Assembly: GCA_013265495.1 (NCBI GenBank) | Contig: MU057887.1 | Span: 631,985-695,984, forward strand | DNA length: 64,000 bases | Source: Vicugna vicugna | Lineage: Eukaryota | Direction: 5' to 3' | Part shown: piece after piece, positions 47,750-61,559 of the stretch | How the letters are laid out: each line of letters opens with the position of its first letter | How positions within the stretch are numbered: position 1 is the first letter of the stretch | The notes under the pieces: model-generated | Told to the model about the DNA's origin: nothing | Database searches by the model: none | The model's input: only the letters and a program-made list of their open reading frames with translations | Position numbers and translations under genes: made by a program

Positions 47750-49860
47750 AGTTCACATAAAAGTGACCAAACCAGAAGTATCCAGGTTAAATTTCATACA
47801 AAGCTACTGTAGGAAAAAAGAGATTAAAGAGCAGAATGATATCCCTCTGGGTACAGGTATGCCAGGAAGATATGCTCACAAACTAGATAAAAATTGTAAC
47901 CTATAGCAAAACAAACTAAAAGAATTGAGAAAATGATCAAAAATGAAGGAAAAATGAAAGCCAGAATCAGGGAAAATGGAGAAATGAAGTGATGGAACTC
48001 AAGAAATAATTTAAAATGAAAGCAAAAAGCAATTTCAGAAATAAGTATTTAAGAGAAGGAAAAGTGGAAAAGCAGAGAAGTTTTATACATTGAAAGATAA
48101 ATAACAAAAGTGATGAAAAGGCTTGATGAAAAAGTGACAGACATTGAAGATGGGCAAAGAGGATCCAAGACACAGATAACAGAAGTCTCTGAAGGACGAA
48201 TCCCAGACAAGGTAGGGGTAGGGTGGGAATAAACACTAAGAATGATAACTCAAGAAACTCTACAGAATTTTTTTTGTAAAGATGTGGAGTTCCATACTGA
48301 AAGAACACACAACTTACCTGAACATACTGACTCAGAGCAACCAACATCAAGACACAGTCTAGCACAGTTTTTGGACTTTAAAGAGAAAACAAACAAGTCA
48401 AGTGCCTTTGGGCAAAAATGACAGGGGACTTTTAGGGGGAAAAATTATATTGTTATCAGATTTCTTCATGGCAACACTTATGCCAGAAGCAAATGAAGCC
48501 TTAGGCTATTCAAGAAAATGTAAGCCGAGGATTTTATACCCAACAAAGCAGCCTTGCAGGTACAAAGGACACGAACTGTTATCAACATGTAAGCATTAAA
48601 CACAGTTACTCACAAAACTACACCTAAATGGGTGTTACAAGAAAAAAGCATAGTGTGGATCGCTGTAGGCTCAAACGACATAGACACAGCCCATCTGTTT
48701 AAAGATTGTGGATGGGATAGGGTGGATGTTCCCCCCAAAATATTATTTTAAGTAATTAGTTAGTGGTGGTAATTTTAGTATTGTTATTCTGAGACTGCTG
48801 GGTCAAAATACGGATTAAACTAAATAAATAATTATGGGATAGTCTATCATTGCCTGTGTTCTAAAGAACCAGGATTTTAATATGGAAAAAAATGAGCTTC
48901 CTTTGGTAGATAGAAGAGGTTAAGTTAAAAACTGTGTGGTTCTTGTTTTGAATTGTTAATATCAGTGTGAACTCATGTTGTATTTTCATCTTTAGAAAGG
49001 TCCACTGAAGAGGCTCAGAAACCATGGCCAACTCAGTAGCGCTGAGCATTCCTGGTATCCAGGTTATGGTCTTGAAACACCATTTTCCACTTAAAAAAAA
49101 AAAAACCCAAACAAAACAAAAAACAAGCCCAACGCTTCTTGGAGAAATGGCTGGGGCAGTGAAAGTGTAAGATGAGGCTGGACCCCCTTGTCATTCCAGA
49201 CAGCCAGAGAGCTATGGGGGAGTCCTGGGGCCAGGTCAAAAACGACCCAGGAACCAACCCAGCGTAGCCTCTGGCCAAAGGCGGGAAAACGTGAGCTCCA
49301 ACAAAGGATAGTAACTGCAATGGATTGAAATCCATCAAGTAGTTTAAATCTGAGTTCATGCTGACATTTAACACAAAATCAACAGACAACCTCTGGATGA
49401 GGATAGCTATTTGCTCGTCCATCATCCTGAAAATGGGTAAATACAAGGAAAGAACCAAGCATGGATCTTGCTTTTGCTCTATGAACTACGCCCGCTGGTA
49501 CCAGTGGAACTGGGCCCCCAGCGTCAGCAGCTGACATCAGAAAGGATAGAGTCAGATACCACGTGGCCCCTGGTGGAAGACACACCACCAACTATCATTT
49601 CCTCAAAGGGCCTGGGCCTGCGTCTGAACAGGTGTCTGGATCTGGCTGCCAACATGCAGGGAACACCGAGGACAGAGTACACACTGGGCTGCATCACCAG
49701 GAGGCAGTCAGCCAGCCCAGGTGTGGGGAGCACTGTAGCTCAGATGCTTTGCTTTCTTAACAGATAAACTGTATAGATAATGACGGGAGGGAGAGGAAAC
49801 CTATAGGTTAAAAAGGACTTAAAACACATAACAACACTTTTTTAATGGACAAGTTTAAAT
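47750..49860 (+). mobile_element. Highly decayed old L1 (ORF1-like and 3' sequence, L1MC/ME-like), approximate bounds
   Basis: A-rich purine-biased tract within a GC-rich locus; aggattttatacccaacaaagc..aggtacaaagg resembles L1 ORF1; no intact ORF. Confidence 0.55.
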
Positions 49861-49877
49861 GATGGTGTCTCAATTTG

Positions 49878-50093
49878 CAGATACACACTACTATACGTAA
49901 AATAGATAAACCTCAAGGTCCGACTGTACAGCACAGGGAACTAGATCCAATATCTTGTAGTAACCTATAATGAAAAAGAATATGAAAGGAATGTATGTAT
50001 GTATATATGTATGTATGTGGATGACTGAAGCATGATGCTGTGCACCAGGAATGGACACACAGTAACTGACTGTACTTCTATTAAGAAAAAAAT
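49878..50093 (+). mobile_element. 5'-truncated younger L1 3' end
   Basis: ctgtacagcacagggaacta..aatatcttgtagtaacctataatgaaaaagaatatga..A-tail; flanked by imperfect repeat aatgatggtgtctcaa / aatgatgtctcaa. Confidence 0.85.
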
Positions 50094-50926
50094 GATGTCT
50101 CAAGACTCATACTTGTGTGATACAAATGTAAGGGAACCCAGGTGGGCGATTGCTAGGAACGTCAAGAAAGGGGTCACGTTGGGGGTGCACAAAGGGGCTG
50201 AGACTGGTCTGGGGCACACGCAGTGGCCCCAAGTTACAGGTGAAGACCCCTTTCTTGACCTGAGTGGTGAATGTAAAGTGCTTTGCCTTATAATACTCAT
50301 GAAACTGTATCTTTGTTTTGTGTGCCTCTTGCATTTGTGTTTTATTTTTTGGTAAAGACGTTTTAAAAATATGCCTAGATCTGTAACAAACGTGTGTCCC
50401 TTGTCCTTCCTCCCACCTTTCACGTGACACCGCAGATGGACTGTTTTGTTCTGGGTACCGAGCTGGGTGCTTTACATACACCCCCTCATTTATGCCCCTG
50501 TGACCCCCCTGACGCAGGGCCCCAGGAAAGCTGGACCCCGTCTCCCTTGTTTGCTTTGGTGCCCCTGGAACCTGGCACCCAGCAGGCACTCACTTGTTGA
50601 GCGAATGAATGAATGAACGTGTTTTGCAGTTATAGAAACTGAAGTTTAGTTCAGATAGTTGGCAAATAGCAAAGCTCGCTTACCCCAGCCAGAGCAGACG
50701 GAAACTGGGGCGTGTCGGGGGTGTGTGGGTCCCGGTCCAGTTTGCAGGAAGGGCCACGAGGCATCCGCACAGAGCAGCCGGGCCTCGGAGGCCTGTGCGG
50801 GTCCCCGGAGGAGCCGTCTCTGGGGCAGGTGCTGCCGCCTGGCCCCTGCTTCGCCCTGGACCCCGGGCCCAGTGGGAGTGCTGCTTCCAACTTTCCCATC
50901 GCCTCTTACGCTGTGGTTCCCCTCAG

Positions 50927-51069
50927 GCTCCGCCAAGAGAAGACAGACACCGTCCGCTGCATCAAGTCCTGCCGCCCCAACGACGTCACCTGCGTGCTGG
51001 ACCCGGTGCACACCATCTCCCACACCGTCGTCTCGCTGCCCACCTTCCGCGAGTTCACCCGCCCTGAAG
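50927..51069 (+). CDS. FBLN1: FBLN1 isoform D first specific exon (143 nt): [47 protein letters not shown]
   Basis: ttcccctcag| acceptor, AAG|gtgagt donor; phase matches exon 14. Confidence 0.97.
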
Positions 51070-52986
51070 GTGAGTGACCGCCGTGGGCTCCCGGGGCTTG
51101 AGCTGAGCGCTTGGCCTGACGGAGCCACTCCTTGGTAAGATGTGCCTGTGGGTTCAAAGTGCAGACCTCCTCCCGCCTCGCATCCCCTCCATGTCCCCCA
51201 ATTACACGACACCGTTTCAACCCATTCCCCGCTCTCAGTTCAGGGCGTCTCTTCTTATGGGTAACAGTCGTTCAGCAAATAGCTATTAAGTGTTGATTCT
51301 GTGCCAAGCGTGTGGGCATCATGGAGGGCCTCCAGGAGGCAGTGACTCCACTCTGGGTCCTGTAATCAATAAGAGGTAACTTCATGAAAGTGGGGAGCAG
51401 GGAGACAGGAGGGTGCCGAGCAGAGCAGAACGCCTCTGGAAAGATCCATAGGTAAGTGGGGAATGTGGGTCTCTGAGGAAAGAAGCCAAATTTTTCTGGC
51501 TAGGGTGGTAGAGGCTTGACAAGAGATGTGCTGTGAGGGAAGCAAGACCCTGCACTTGGAGTTGGGGTTTCAACTCTAAGACTTTGGGAGCCAGTCCAGG
51601 GCTGCAAATGATGCCCTTTGCATCTAGAAGCCTCATCCTGGAGACCGAGGGGCAGGCGGGCTGGCGCAGCTAGACCAGCTCCAGGGGACCCAGTGGTCAA
51701 GCGGTCAGTGTGCCCGCCACGCCCCAACCCTGGTAGCTCCCGGCCTGCAGTGTAGACCCGCCACCACGGGGGCGGGGGACGCAGGTGGGGCAGCGCACTC
51801 CCAGCGCCCAGCAGAGGGCTATGGACGGGGGACTGCTCTGTATACCTTGCTTCAGGGGGTGCAGCCCACAGGCCAGGGCTGGGGTGGCCTCCTGCCACCC
51901 TCTTCCTTGTAGGGCCCTCATCCCCGGCCTTCAGAGGAGCTCACCGTGATGATTTATTCAGCAAACGTCGGCTGAGCCTCCTATGTGTCAGGCTCGGGCC
52001 AGGCTCTGGAACGCAGCGATAAGAAAGATCCTCTCAGAGAAGGCGGAAAGTTTGCCCTGTGCTGACACTGTGACAGGGTCCTGCGGGGTAACACAGGAGC
52101 ACCTGCTGGAACATAAAACCTGGCCGTGGGGGTGGGAGCGGGGGAGAGGCGCGCCAGGGGTGTGGTTACCTGCAGGGGCAGGAGGCACGGAATCTTGGCC
52201 GGGTGGCGTGGACTTGGGTCGGAGAAAATCACTGGCTGCTGTTTGCCTGGTGCAGAATGATGGGTTCCACCAACCACACGCAGATCCTTCCCAAATCCCC
52301 AGCGGCCACTCTGGCGGCCTTCCGGCCATTGCTGACCCATAATTGGGTTCTACAGGGAGTCGGGAGTGGTGAGAGACACCTGTCCGCATCTTGGGCCTGG
52401 GATGTCCAGGCTTTGCCTTTGGCGTTGAGGGGACCCTGGGTGGGCACTGGCAGGCCGACTCTTTCACTTTACAGATGAGGAGGCTGAGGCCCAGAGAGAG
52501 GACACCCCCAAGATGGCACAGAGCCAGGGCCGCATCGGGGCCTTGTGCTCCCAGTCCAGGGCAGTCTGCCGACCTCATGTCAGGTGGTCCTGGAGGCGGA
52601 CACAGCCACCATGCTGAGAAGGGGCGTGTCTGAGCCACATCACTGTGCAGCAGGGGACCAGCCGGCTCCCCTCCGACCCCTCTCCCTGTGTCCCCTTGCC
52701 CGCCTCCACTCCCCATCGTCCCAGCTTCAGGAAGACTCGTGACTAGTCACCAGTCACTCAGCGCTGATCAGTGCCGTGACTTCAGGGAAGATCCAAAATC
52801 TTCCCTGGCCTCAGTCTCCCTGTTGATGAAAAGAGGGGATAGGCTGTGACCCAGGGCACCTCAGGGCCCCTCCACCTTCTCCATGCAGGGCCCTCCTGTT
52901 GGGTCCTCGTTGCCTGGAGGGGCACTTCCGGGGTGGCAGGGCCCAGCGCTGCGCCCTCTTCACACCTCCATGCTTCTGTCCGGCAG

Positions 52987-53118
52987 AGATCATCTTCCTC
53001 CGGGCCATCACACCCGCCTACCCCGCCAACCACGCTGACATCATCTTCGACATAACAGACGGGAACCTCCGGGACTCCTTCGACATCATTAAGCGCTACA
53101 TGGACGGCATGACCGTGG
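52987..53118 (+). CDS. FBLN1: FBLN1 isoform D second specific exon (132 nt): [44 protein letters not shown]
   Basis: ccggcag| acceptor, TGG|gtaagt donor. Confidence 0.97.
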
Positions 53119-53876
53119 GTAAGTGGCCGACCCTCCCGCAGCTTAGCCAAGGCTGCTGTGCCAGTCGAGAGGGAAATCCCCCCTAGAGCAGCCCCCTTCC
53201 CATCTGAGTCCCTGTCCTCTGGGGCCCAGCTGGAGCCCCCATCTCCCCCGGGCAGTCTCAGTGCGAGGACTGCCCAGGGTGGTGGAGCCTGCCTGGGATT
53301 CGGCCCTGGCTGTGCCGCTGCTCTTGGGGAGACCCCGTGGGTCTCAGTCTCCCTGCCTATGAAGGATGGATTCACTAGACCTCTGCGTCTCACAGCTGTG
53401 AGTTTCAGCGGAAGCACACTGGCCCCAGGGCTCGGCACGGCCCCCTCTCATGGGAGCTGATAGGGACTTTGTTCTCCTGGTGCAACAGAAGAATAGCCAA
53501 CGGGCGTCAGAGGGCCTCGCTCGTCTTGCCGCATGTCCAGCCTTGTCCCCTCCCGTGTGTCAGGGGGTAGGAGGACCAAGGTTGTGACACGGGGCAGCAC
53601 GCACAGCCCCTGAACGTGGAGCCCTCCCCGGAGAGTCAGCACCCCTGGTGCACAGAGGAGGGCTGGAGGGGGACTTGGAGGGGAGGGGCTCCAGCAAGGC
53701 TGGGCGGGGGGTGGGGTGGGAAGCAGGTGCAGGTGAGTCTGGGAAAATGTTCACAGTGCCTCTCCTGAACCAGCGCAGTTTAAAGAATTCAAATTCATGG
53801 GGAATGAAAACGATCCCCTCTGCCACTGTGGACTGAAATTTAGACCCTGAACATTTTCAAAGCAGCTGAGCAGTAG

Positions 53877-53944
53877 AGACCCAGGCCTCGCCCTTGCTGC
53901 GGCCTCAGTTAGACCCAGGCCCCGCCCTTGCTGCGGCCTCAGTG
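53877..53944. repeat. 34-bp tandem duplication
   Basis: agacccaggcc(t/c)cgcccttgctgcggcctcagt present twice. Confidence 0.9.
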
Positions 53945-54019
53945 TCCCCGATTTGAGTGGGGCAGGGAGGCCGTGGTTTTGTGTGCGCGGTTGGTCCCGG
54001 GGCAGAGCATTTTGGAGCA

Positions 54020-54038
54020 TGGCCTCTAGGTGGCGCCG
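54020..54038 (+). promoter_or_regulatory. Candidate CTCF binding motif
   Basis: TGGCCTCTAGGTGGCGCCG. Confidence 0.6.
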
Positions 54039-57000
54039 TTGGACCTCAGAACCCGGGCTGGTCCCTGAGGCCCCAAACCCGCCCGGCCGTTGTTAAGCTG
54101 CAGCTGGAGACGGAGTCGTTATTCCCGTTGCCAAAGAGCCATTTATAGTGACTTTACAAGCTCTTAAATGGGTTTGCATGTTGTAAACATGACTGGGGCC
54201 CCCCACCCCCAGCCTCCTCCTCCGCTAGTTGGCAGCAGGAATAGTCAGTTAATTACAATTAATGGCGCAGTAACCCTCGCTGGGATTCCAAGGAGAGGGC
54301 GGGAGCCATAAAAGTTGCTGCCTGCCCTCCAGGTACTGCTCACTCTGGGCCTCAGTTTCCCCCATTGTCAAGCGAAGGGGGACCTTCAGGCGCCCGGGGG
54401 TGGGGGCAGACTGGAAGAGGTGGGGTCGTGGGTTTGTCCCCCCGTGTGGGGGTGGTGAACAGTCTGCTGTCACCGGCACACAGAAGCCCACCTGGGGCTA
54501 GTTCTGGCCTCTGTGCTGAGCTTCTAGGTTTGGCTCCAACACGGCCCACCTGGGGCAGTTCCTAGCTCTTGGAATTACCGGAGTTGGAATCAGACCCTTC
54601 CAGTGGATTCAGTCCTTCTCTGCTCTCTTCCCGAGCCCAGGCCAGGCGTCGTGGGTACAGAGATGGGTAAATACCACAGATCCCTGCCCCTCAGGGCTTT
54701 GCGTTCCACTGGGGTGGGGGTCGGGGGGCATCAACAGGTCATCGAAACGCAGTGGTGGCGAGACAGTGACAAGCTCTGCAGCTGCGGGGAGGCCTCTCTC
54801 GGAGGGGACTCCTTGGTGTTGGCACTTTCAGTTCCCAGCTGAACACTTCCTGGGGTGACCCAAGCCAGGGGTTGGGCCACTGCCGGGCCTGGAGCCAATG
54901 CCCACCAGCACACTTTTCTAGCTGCATCTCCGCTCCAGACAGAACCAACCTGGGAGTCTCTGTTTCCTGGCTTCCCATCCATTGGAGCAGAAAATCCTGG
55001 CATCTCAGAGCCTGGAGGCTCCTGGAAGCCACTTCTTCCAGCTCCTTCTGTTGTAGAGGGGGCGCCGAGGCCCAAAGCAGCCAGGGGGTTGCCGGTCTGC
55101 CCAGAGCGACCCGGGGCAGGGTGGGGAGCGGGACAGAGCCCCCAGTGAGAGAGGCGACCACAGGGCCCATCCCGCGTGTGCTTCCTGGGGATGGAATGTG
55201 GACCAGGCCACAGAGGCAGAGCAGCCTCTCCTCTCTGCGCTTGGTCACGCGTGCCCTGGTCCTTGGAATTCTGGTGCTGGGAAACGGCCCAGGCTGGCGC
55301 TTGGGAATTCATCCTGCCTGTTGTCCTGCCTCCTGGGTGGGCCTGGCCTCTTCAGCTTCTCAGTATGTTTGCAGGACTTCCCATCTGGTTGGGCCCCTGG
55401 AGTTTGCAGATGTCCTCCTCCAGGTGGAGGACCAAGGCCAGAGGGGGCAGGGTCTCACGGAGCTGGGCGCCAGGCCGCGTTTCAGGTTGGGCTCTTGTCT
55501 CTACACCCACCGGTTGCTGCCTTATTTCTCTGTTTGGGGCCTCTTCCCTGGGCATCCTTATCTCCACCTCCTTCCCGCTCCTCTTCTGCCCCAAATAACT
55601 TCTGTACACCCCGGGAGCTTCTGGGCTCTGGGGGTAGCGATCCTGGCACCTGCTGGCCCTGGACACAGGCCTGGCCCTGCGGCTCTGGGTCTGTCCACCT
55701 GCAATGGGTGGTTCTTTCTCTGGACCCAAGCCCGGCCTGAGCAGCCTGGGAACCATCGCTGGGCACGCTCACCCCCGCATCCCAGCTCAGTCCTCACAGA
55801 TGCCTCGAGGGCTGTGACTGTCTCCCTTTGGCAAAGGAGGGAGCTGAGTAAATGACCACCTGACACTGAGCAACTGAAAAACCGCAGGGCCCGGGCTGTT
55901 TGCAGACTTGATTGCAGCGGTGCGTTCTCCTTTCAAGCAACATCTTAGACAGAAACCTTCACGTCCGCGGAGAGGGAGAAAGCACGCCCCGGGCACGCAA
56001 GTCTTCCATCTGCTGTGCCCCAGCAGGGCCTGGCGGCTCCTGGGCCCACTGAGGACCCCCACGCAGCCCCTCAGCACCAGGGAAGGGATACCTGCCTACT
56101 CACAGATGTTGGCCGAAAACCCTGCCAGCTCTAGGACACTGGGCATGGGGTCAGGAAGGCTCCCTGGAGGAGAAGAGACCTGAGCTGGCTTGTGACGCAG
56201 GTGAAGGAGGGCCTAGCACCTAGTAAGTGCCAGGAGCAAGTGCGTCGTCAACGCCACGACCCTGTGACGTGGTGGAAGTCTCCCCGTTACTGGGTGAGGG
56301 AGCAGTGGCCAGAGAGGGCACGAGGCTTATCCCAGGCCGCTCAGTGCTGGGGTCAGAGCAGGCCTAGGGCCCCGTCTTCCCCAAACACGCAGAGCTGGAG
56401 CCCGCGGATGGCTGGTGTTGACTTGGGCAAAGTTACTGGGAGTTTGCGTCCCGGAAAAATAATCAGTGTACTAGCCGCCAGGACCCCGGGGCTGCTGAGT
56501 TCATGCCCACATCCCCCAGTAACAGAAGAAGAAGAAAGTACCCCAGGTTGATTAAGAACCTGAAAGGGCCAGACCTTCCCCTAATGCATCCTCTAAACAC
56601 CAGTTCTCCGCAGGGATAAAGGCGGCCCCGAAGCCTGGCCGCCTCTGTTGCATACCTCTTTCACCAGCTGTCAATGAAAAATGAAGAACGCGTTTCCAAC
56701 CTGTGCAAAAATGTTCCATTAATGCCTGAGGTATTCTCAGGCCACTACAAAGCCTTCCTTATCCAGCCCCAGATTCATTCTTTGCTCTGCAGAGTACCAG
56801 CTGTAATCGGGGGTCTCCTGAGAGATGACGAACGGCGGGGCCTCCCTGGCGAGATGGGTGCGGGCCGTATATTATCAGCCACCAGCAACTGGGGGCCACC
56901 CCTGGACTCCCCAGGCCTTTGGGCATCAGCCGGTATCTGAGCCTCAGACCTCCCTGATACCCCATTCCCCTCTTCAACAACTTCTTTTTAACTATTTTTC

Positions 57001-60000
57001 TAAGGAGGGAAAAAAAAATCTGTCTATACTGAAGGTCAGCTTTGCCAAAATTTCTGTTGAAACGTCCCCAAAGCCAATAGGAACTAGACAACGCTCAGTT
57101 GAAGCTGCTTTTTAGACCCGTGGGTTGATTTGGTGAACGGCTCGCCTGATCCTGGGCCAGTGTGGTGACCGATAGGCTAGATTTAGCAGCTTTTTGGAAG
57201 TCAGCCCCTCCCATCGCACAGCGTTTCATGAAATTGAAATCAAAGCAGGCTGCGGGGAGGAGGTGGCACTGTCTGGGTCAGGAACTAAGGACGTGTAGGG
57301 AGGGTTGTAACATCAGTCACATGGAGCATGCGATCTGGGTGGGCTGGGACTTTGAGCCCGCACCAGGCTTTGACATCCAGTAGATACGCCATCGAATATT
57401 TACTCATGGCCCATCTGGAAGGAGGCAAACGCCCCAGCTGGCGTGGGCTCCAGGGGTCAACAGGCTTCCGAAGCACAGAAACCTCGCCAGCAGGAAAGGA
57501 CTGTCCGAAGGTGACAGCACTGCGATTCTGCACCCAGTCCTCTTCAGGCTGTGTATCTCGGCGCGCTTGTTTTCGAGAGGAAATCAGCCACGCCTGGCCC
57601 CTGGCTGTGAGTTGAGACTTGTAGAATTCAACTGTGTTGGTGGACGTCCCTTGTTAATCATAACAATTAAAATAAGAACAGCCATAAAACTCCTAGCTCA
57701 TTACCGCCAGCCCAAAAGTAAACCGAAATGAAGGGCTGGGTTTGCTCATGGCTCTTCCCCGCGTGGTGGGGAGTTTTGTTTTTCAGTCTTTGCCATGATT
57801 AACAGGAAGGCTCTGGGTGTGTTACCCAAGTGTGAGCACAAAAGAAGACATCTGTGTTAGAGACCCAGGACGCTAGCCTTGGGCCTCGTGAGATTTCCGC
57901 TGGTCTTTTCACAGTTGTCGCTGTGCGACAGCTTCAGGGATCCAGGAAAGACACAAATCTGTGTTTCGTGTGGATTTCATTGACATAAGTAATCGCTTCA
58001 GAAGCAGGCGGCTTCCACGAGCTGCCCCCGTGGTTCTCCAAGCACTGCCTCTCCCTTCCAGTTCTGTTCTGATTAAGTAGTGGAGGAGGCCCTGAGGCCA
58101 GGCCGAGGGAGGGCGGCAGCCTCGGGGCTGCCTCAGGGCTGCAGAGGGTCACAGTGGTTAGGGGACGGGCAGGCCTGGAGGGCGCCAGGACGGACCAATT
58201 GACTGGCTCACCTTTCTACACTGCTTACACCTACCATGTGCTGGGTGAAGGGGGTGCCCCTCTGCCTCTAGGGAGGCAGACGGTCCCCAGAGAGGAACAG
58301 GAGAGCACAGTGAGAGGTGCTGTGGGTGTAGAGCCTGGGCCATCCATGCGTGGGCAAATCAAGGCAGGCTGCGGGGAGAGGGTGGCGCTGGCCGGGTCAA
58401 GAATCAGAGGAGGCTATTCAGGGGCCATGTTCCCTTCCCAGCATGGTTCTCCTGGGGGTGGCTGTCTACAGGACACCCCCGGCACACACACACCCTGGCT
58501 GGCATCGCTGCTTCTCTAAGAAAACACTGAAGTGCTGGCCCCAGGTCCCACAGCCAGTGAGCCAGCACTGCAGCTCGCAAGCAGGTGCGCAAGATGTCGA
58601 GACTGCTCTGGGTTGACCCCTGAGCTCCTCGTTCTCCACTGGGGCCCCTGAGAAACAGAAGTGCTCCTGACCTCAGCCCCTGGCCGGGCGCCACGGCAGC
58701 CGCTCCTGCTCCCAGTCAAGTCTGAATGAACGGAGACTGTCTGGCTCACCTCAGAAACGGTTCCCTGGATTAAGTTTAGGAGGGCTGTTCCCTTATTACA
58801 GACGCCATAATTGTCAGTAGAGGAAACAATTATGTGAAAGCTCCCAGCAGTGCCTGGTGCACAGTAGGTATGCAGGAAGTCACTATTAAGGGAACCCAGA
58901 CCTTTTCCCAATTTCCACGTTGTCCGTGCTGAAGCAGGATGGGGGTGCCTCTAAATTTGACCAATACGTCAACACCCTCCTAACAACGTCCTCCCACTCC
59001 CTCTCAGAAGGAACCTCAACTTTTCATTTTGAAATAGCATTCTAAATTTCATCTGTGAGCAGAGAAGGATTATTACTCTATTTCAAGGTCACTGTTTGTA
59101 AAAATACCCATGGCTGGGGTGGCCCTTTGAGGGTCAAACACGATTGATTCTCTGCTGCCACAGACGGAGCACTGAACTCGGGGTAAGACGTTCTGGGCTT
59201 GATTCTTGCTTCTCTCGTTCTAGCTGTGTGACCTCAGGCAGGTCTCCTAACCTCTCTGAGCCTTAGTTTTCTTCTCAGCAAAATTGCCATGGTAACACTT
59301 GTTTTGCTGGGTTCTGAGGACCAGAAGGAGAGCGCATATTGTAACGTAGCTGGGTAGGTTGTTGGAGGATCAGTGAGCCACTGTGAGGAAGCCATTTGCA
59401 ACTGAAGAGCTGGTGAGAGCTTGGAGGCCCTGGAGAGGACAGGACAGCAGGCCAGAGGGAGGCACATGGGACTGTGCCAGGACTGTTAACCCCAAAGTGG
59501 CTCCAGCTGCCTGGGAGCAATTTAATAGGCACCTCTCATGGCCTGGGCTACGAGTCGGGCCCACGCTGAAGCGAGCAGGGTGGTAGAGGCTGTGCCTCCC
59601 AAGTTCTGTCATCCTTGAATTCTCTTGCTCAGTCAACAAGAGCATCCTGGATTCCTCCTCCATCCCGTGCCCTGTGCTGGGTGCTGGGGAGCAGATTTAC
59701 ACCCATGTTTGTCAGCAGTAGGCTCTGTCCCTGTTAACAGCTCAGTGGGAGAAAGAAGCGGTGTGTGGCAGGGCTGCCAAGTACAGTTGAATATGTTGTA
59801 CACTGCAAAACCCCAGGGGGTACCATTTACAGACTTTTCTTTGTGCAGTGCACAACCTACTCAACCGTACACAGCAGCCCATGTATAAAAGCTTGTGAGT
59901 AAAGATACCAGCCTCACTGTACCTCTGCTCCTGGCCAGGCAAGGCCTTGTTCAAAGCAAAGAGCTTGCTTGCCCAGTCATCATCAGTCATCCCAGCTAGC

Positions 60001-61559
60001 AGGGCCCAGATCACCTCTTCAAAATCATTACCTCTGAAGGGGTTAAACATGTGCCGCTGACCCTGTCCTGCAGCCTGATTTGGAAAGCTTGGCCCAGGAT
60101 CAGCACACATTACGAATGAGATTCAGAAATTCCACCTAAAAACAACAGCGCGGCCATCCCTGCCAGTGATGAGTGATCGGCCCTGTCCCGGCTTTCACGG
60201 TAAATCCTGGGGATTAGGCACTTTCTCTTCTCCGGGAGGCACAGCCCCGTCACCCCGGGGACACACCCTGGCCAGCAGCCAAGTCGTTTCCCAGGTGACG
60301 GTGCAGGGATGGGCCTCGCCCGACATCGCCCAGAGGCTGGCCGTGCACCGAGGGCAGGGGGAGGCGGAGGGCAGGCTGGGGTCTCCCGGAGGGGCAAGAC
60401 AGGGCACAAGAAGGGGACAACACTGACACTTCCTGTGCTCCCTGTGCTGGCCCTGCGGAGCAGAGCTGGGGTTGTAGGTGTTGTGCCCAGGGCCCTCCTG
60501 ACTTGTAGAAACACAACTGTTCTCCTTCCCAGGCCCTGTGTGGAGGGCTCTGGACACTGCTTCAAGATGCAGAAACTCCCTGAGGTTGGTCCCAGGCAGC
60601 CCCCGGCTTGGGTGGGACTCTCAGGGCTCAGTAGGGTCCACTGGGGCACAGCCCTGCTTTCGACCTACCCTGAGGGATGCACACAGGGGCCATGGGAGCC
60701 GCGCTGGAAACCTCCCCGCTCCTACCCCGGGCAACCCCCCACCGATGGCCTGAATGGCATTCGTCCAGGACCTTGGCCCCAGGAGGGACCCTGTGAAAGG
60801 AAACCTGTGGGCAGAGGCCCCTCTTGTGGCCTCCTAACCAGGCCAGCCCTGGGTCCTGAACCCTGAAATATTACTGTTTTCACGAGCCTCCTGTGGCCTC
60901 GCAGCCCCCACCGGCATCCTGGATTCAGGTTGCCTGCACTGCTTCTCACACCTGCTGGTCCCCTGCCTCTCGACATCTTCTCCTGGTGGTGAGGTCCCAC
61001 AGCACACCGCGGAGCCTGGCCAAGGCATCCCTCTCCTCTCGGTGGTGTGCGTCCACGTCACGGGAAAATGTGCTCCAGCCACTCAGTTCCTGCAGCCGGA
61101 AGCCGGGAACCCTCGGCTCCCCGCCTCCCACCCCCACAGCCAGCTACTGCTGACTCTGCCAGGTTTTAAACCCCACCTTTCACATCCAGCCCTGCTGCCT
61201 GACTGGAGAGATGTCCCCAGCCCAAGCCTGCCTGTCTCCTCCCCAGCGCCCCGCTCTTATCCCTTCCTCTCCCTTGCCCTCTGCTCCAGACACGCCGGCC
61301 CATGCCCCAGACCCCAAACATTTCACAGCCTCTCCCTTCTCTTGGGATTTAGCCGTGACACTCACCTCCTTTGGTAAGCTCCTAGCCACCCTCAAAGCCC
61401 AAGTCAACGACTGCCTCCTCTCCCGTGCCCTCCACCCCCGCACAGGCAGAATGCGCAGCATCTTCCTTTGTGCTCCCAGGGCACCCAGACCAGCCTCTTT
61501 CAGGACTGTCTGGTGCTCTTTTTTCCAGCACATAATGTGCGTGCCCCCTGGAGGCAGGC

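Noticed and set aside
47967..48365. 132-aa hydrophobic minus-strand ORF resembling a membrane protein
   Set aside because: Antisense reading of an A-rich decayed L1; the Phe/Leu bias is compositional.
54872..55855. 327-aa plus-strand ORF as a possible final D exon
   Set aside because: Does not contain the expected fibulin-1D end (VVRQVRPIVGP...FVSEYWF as recalled); that exon is not in the window.
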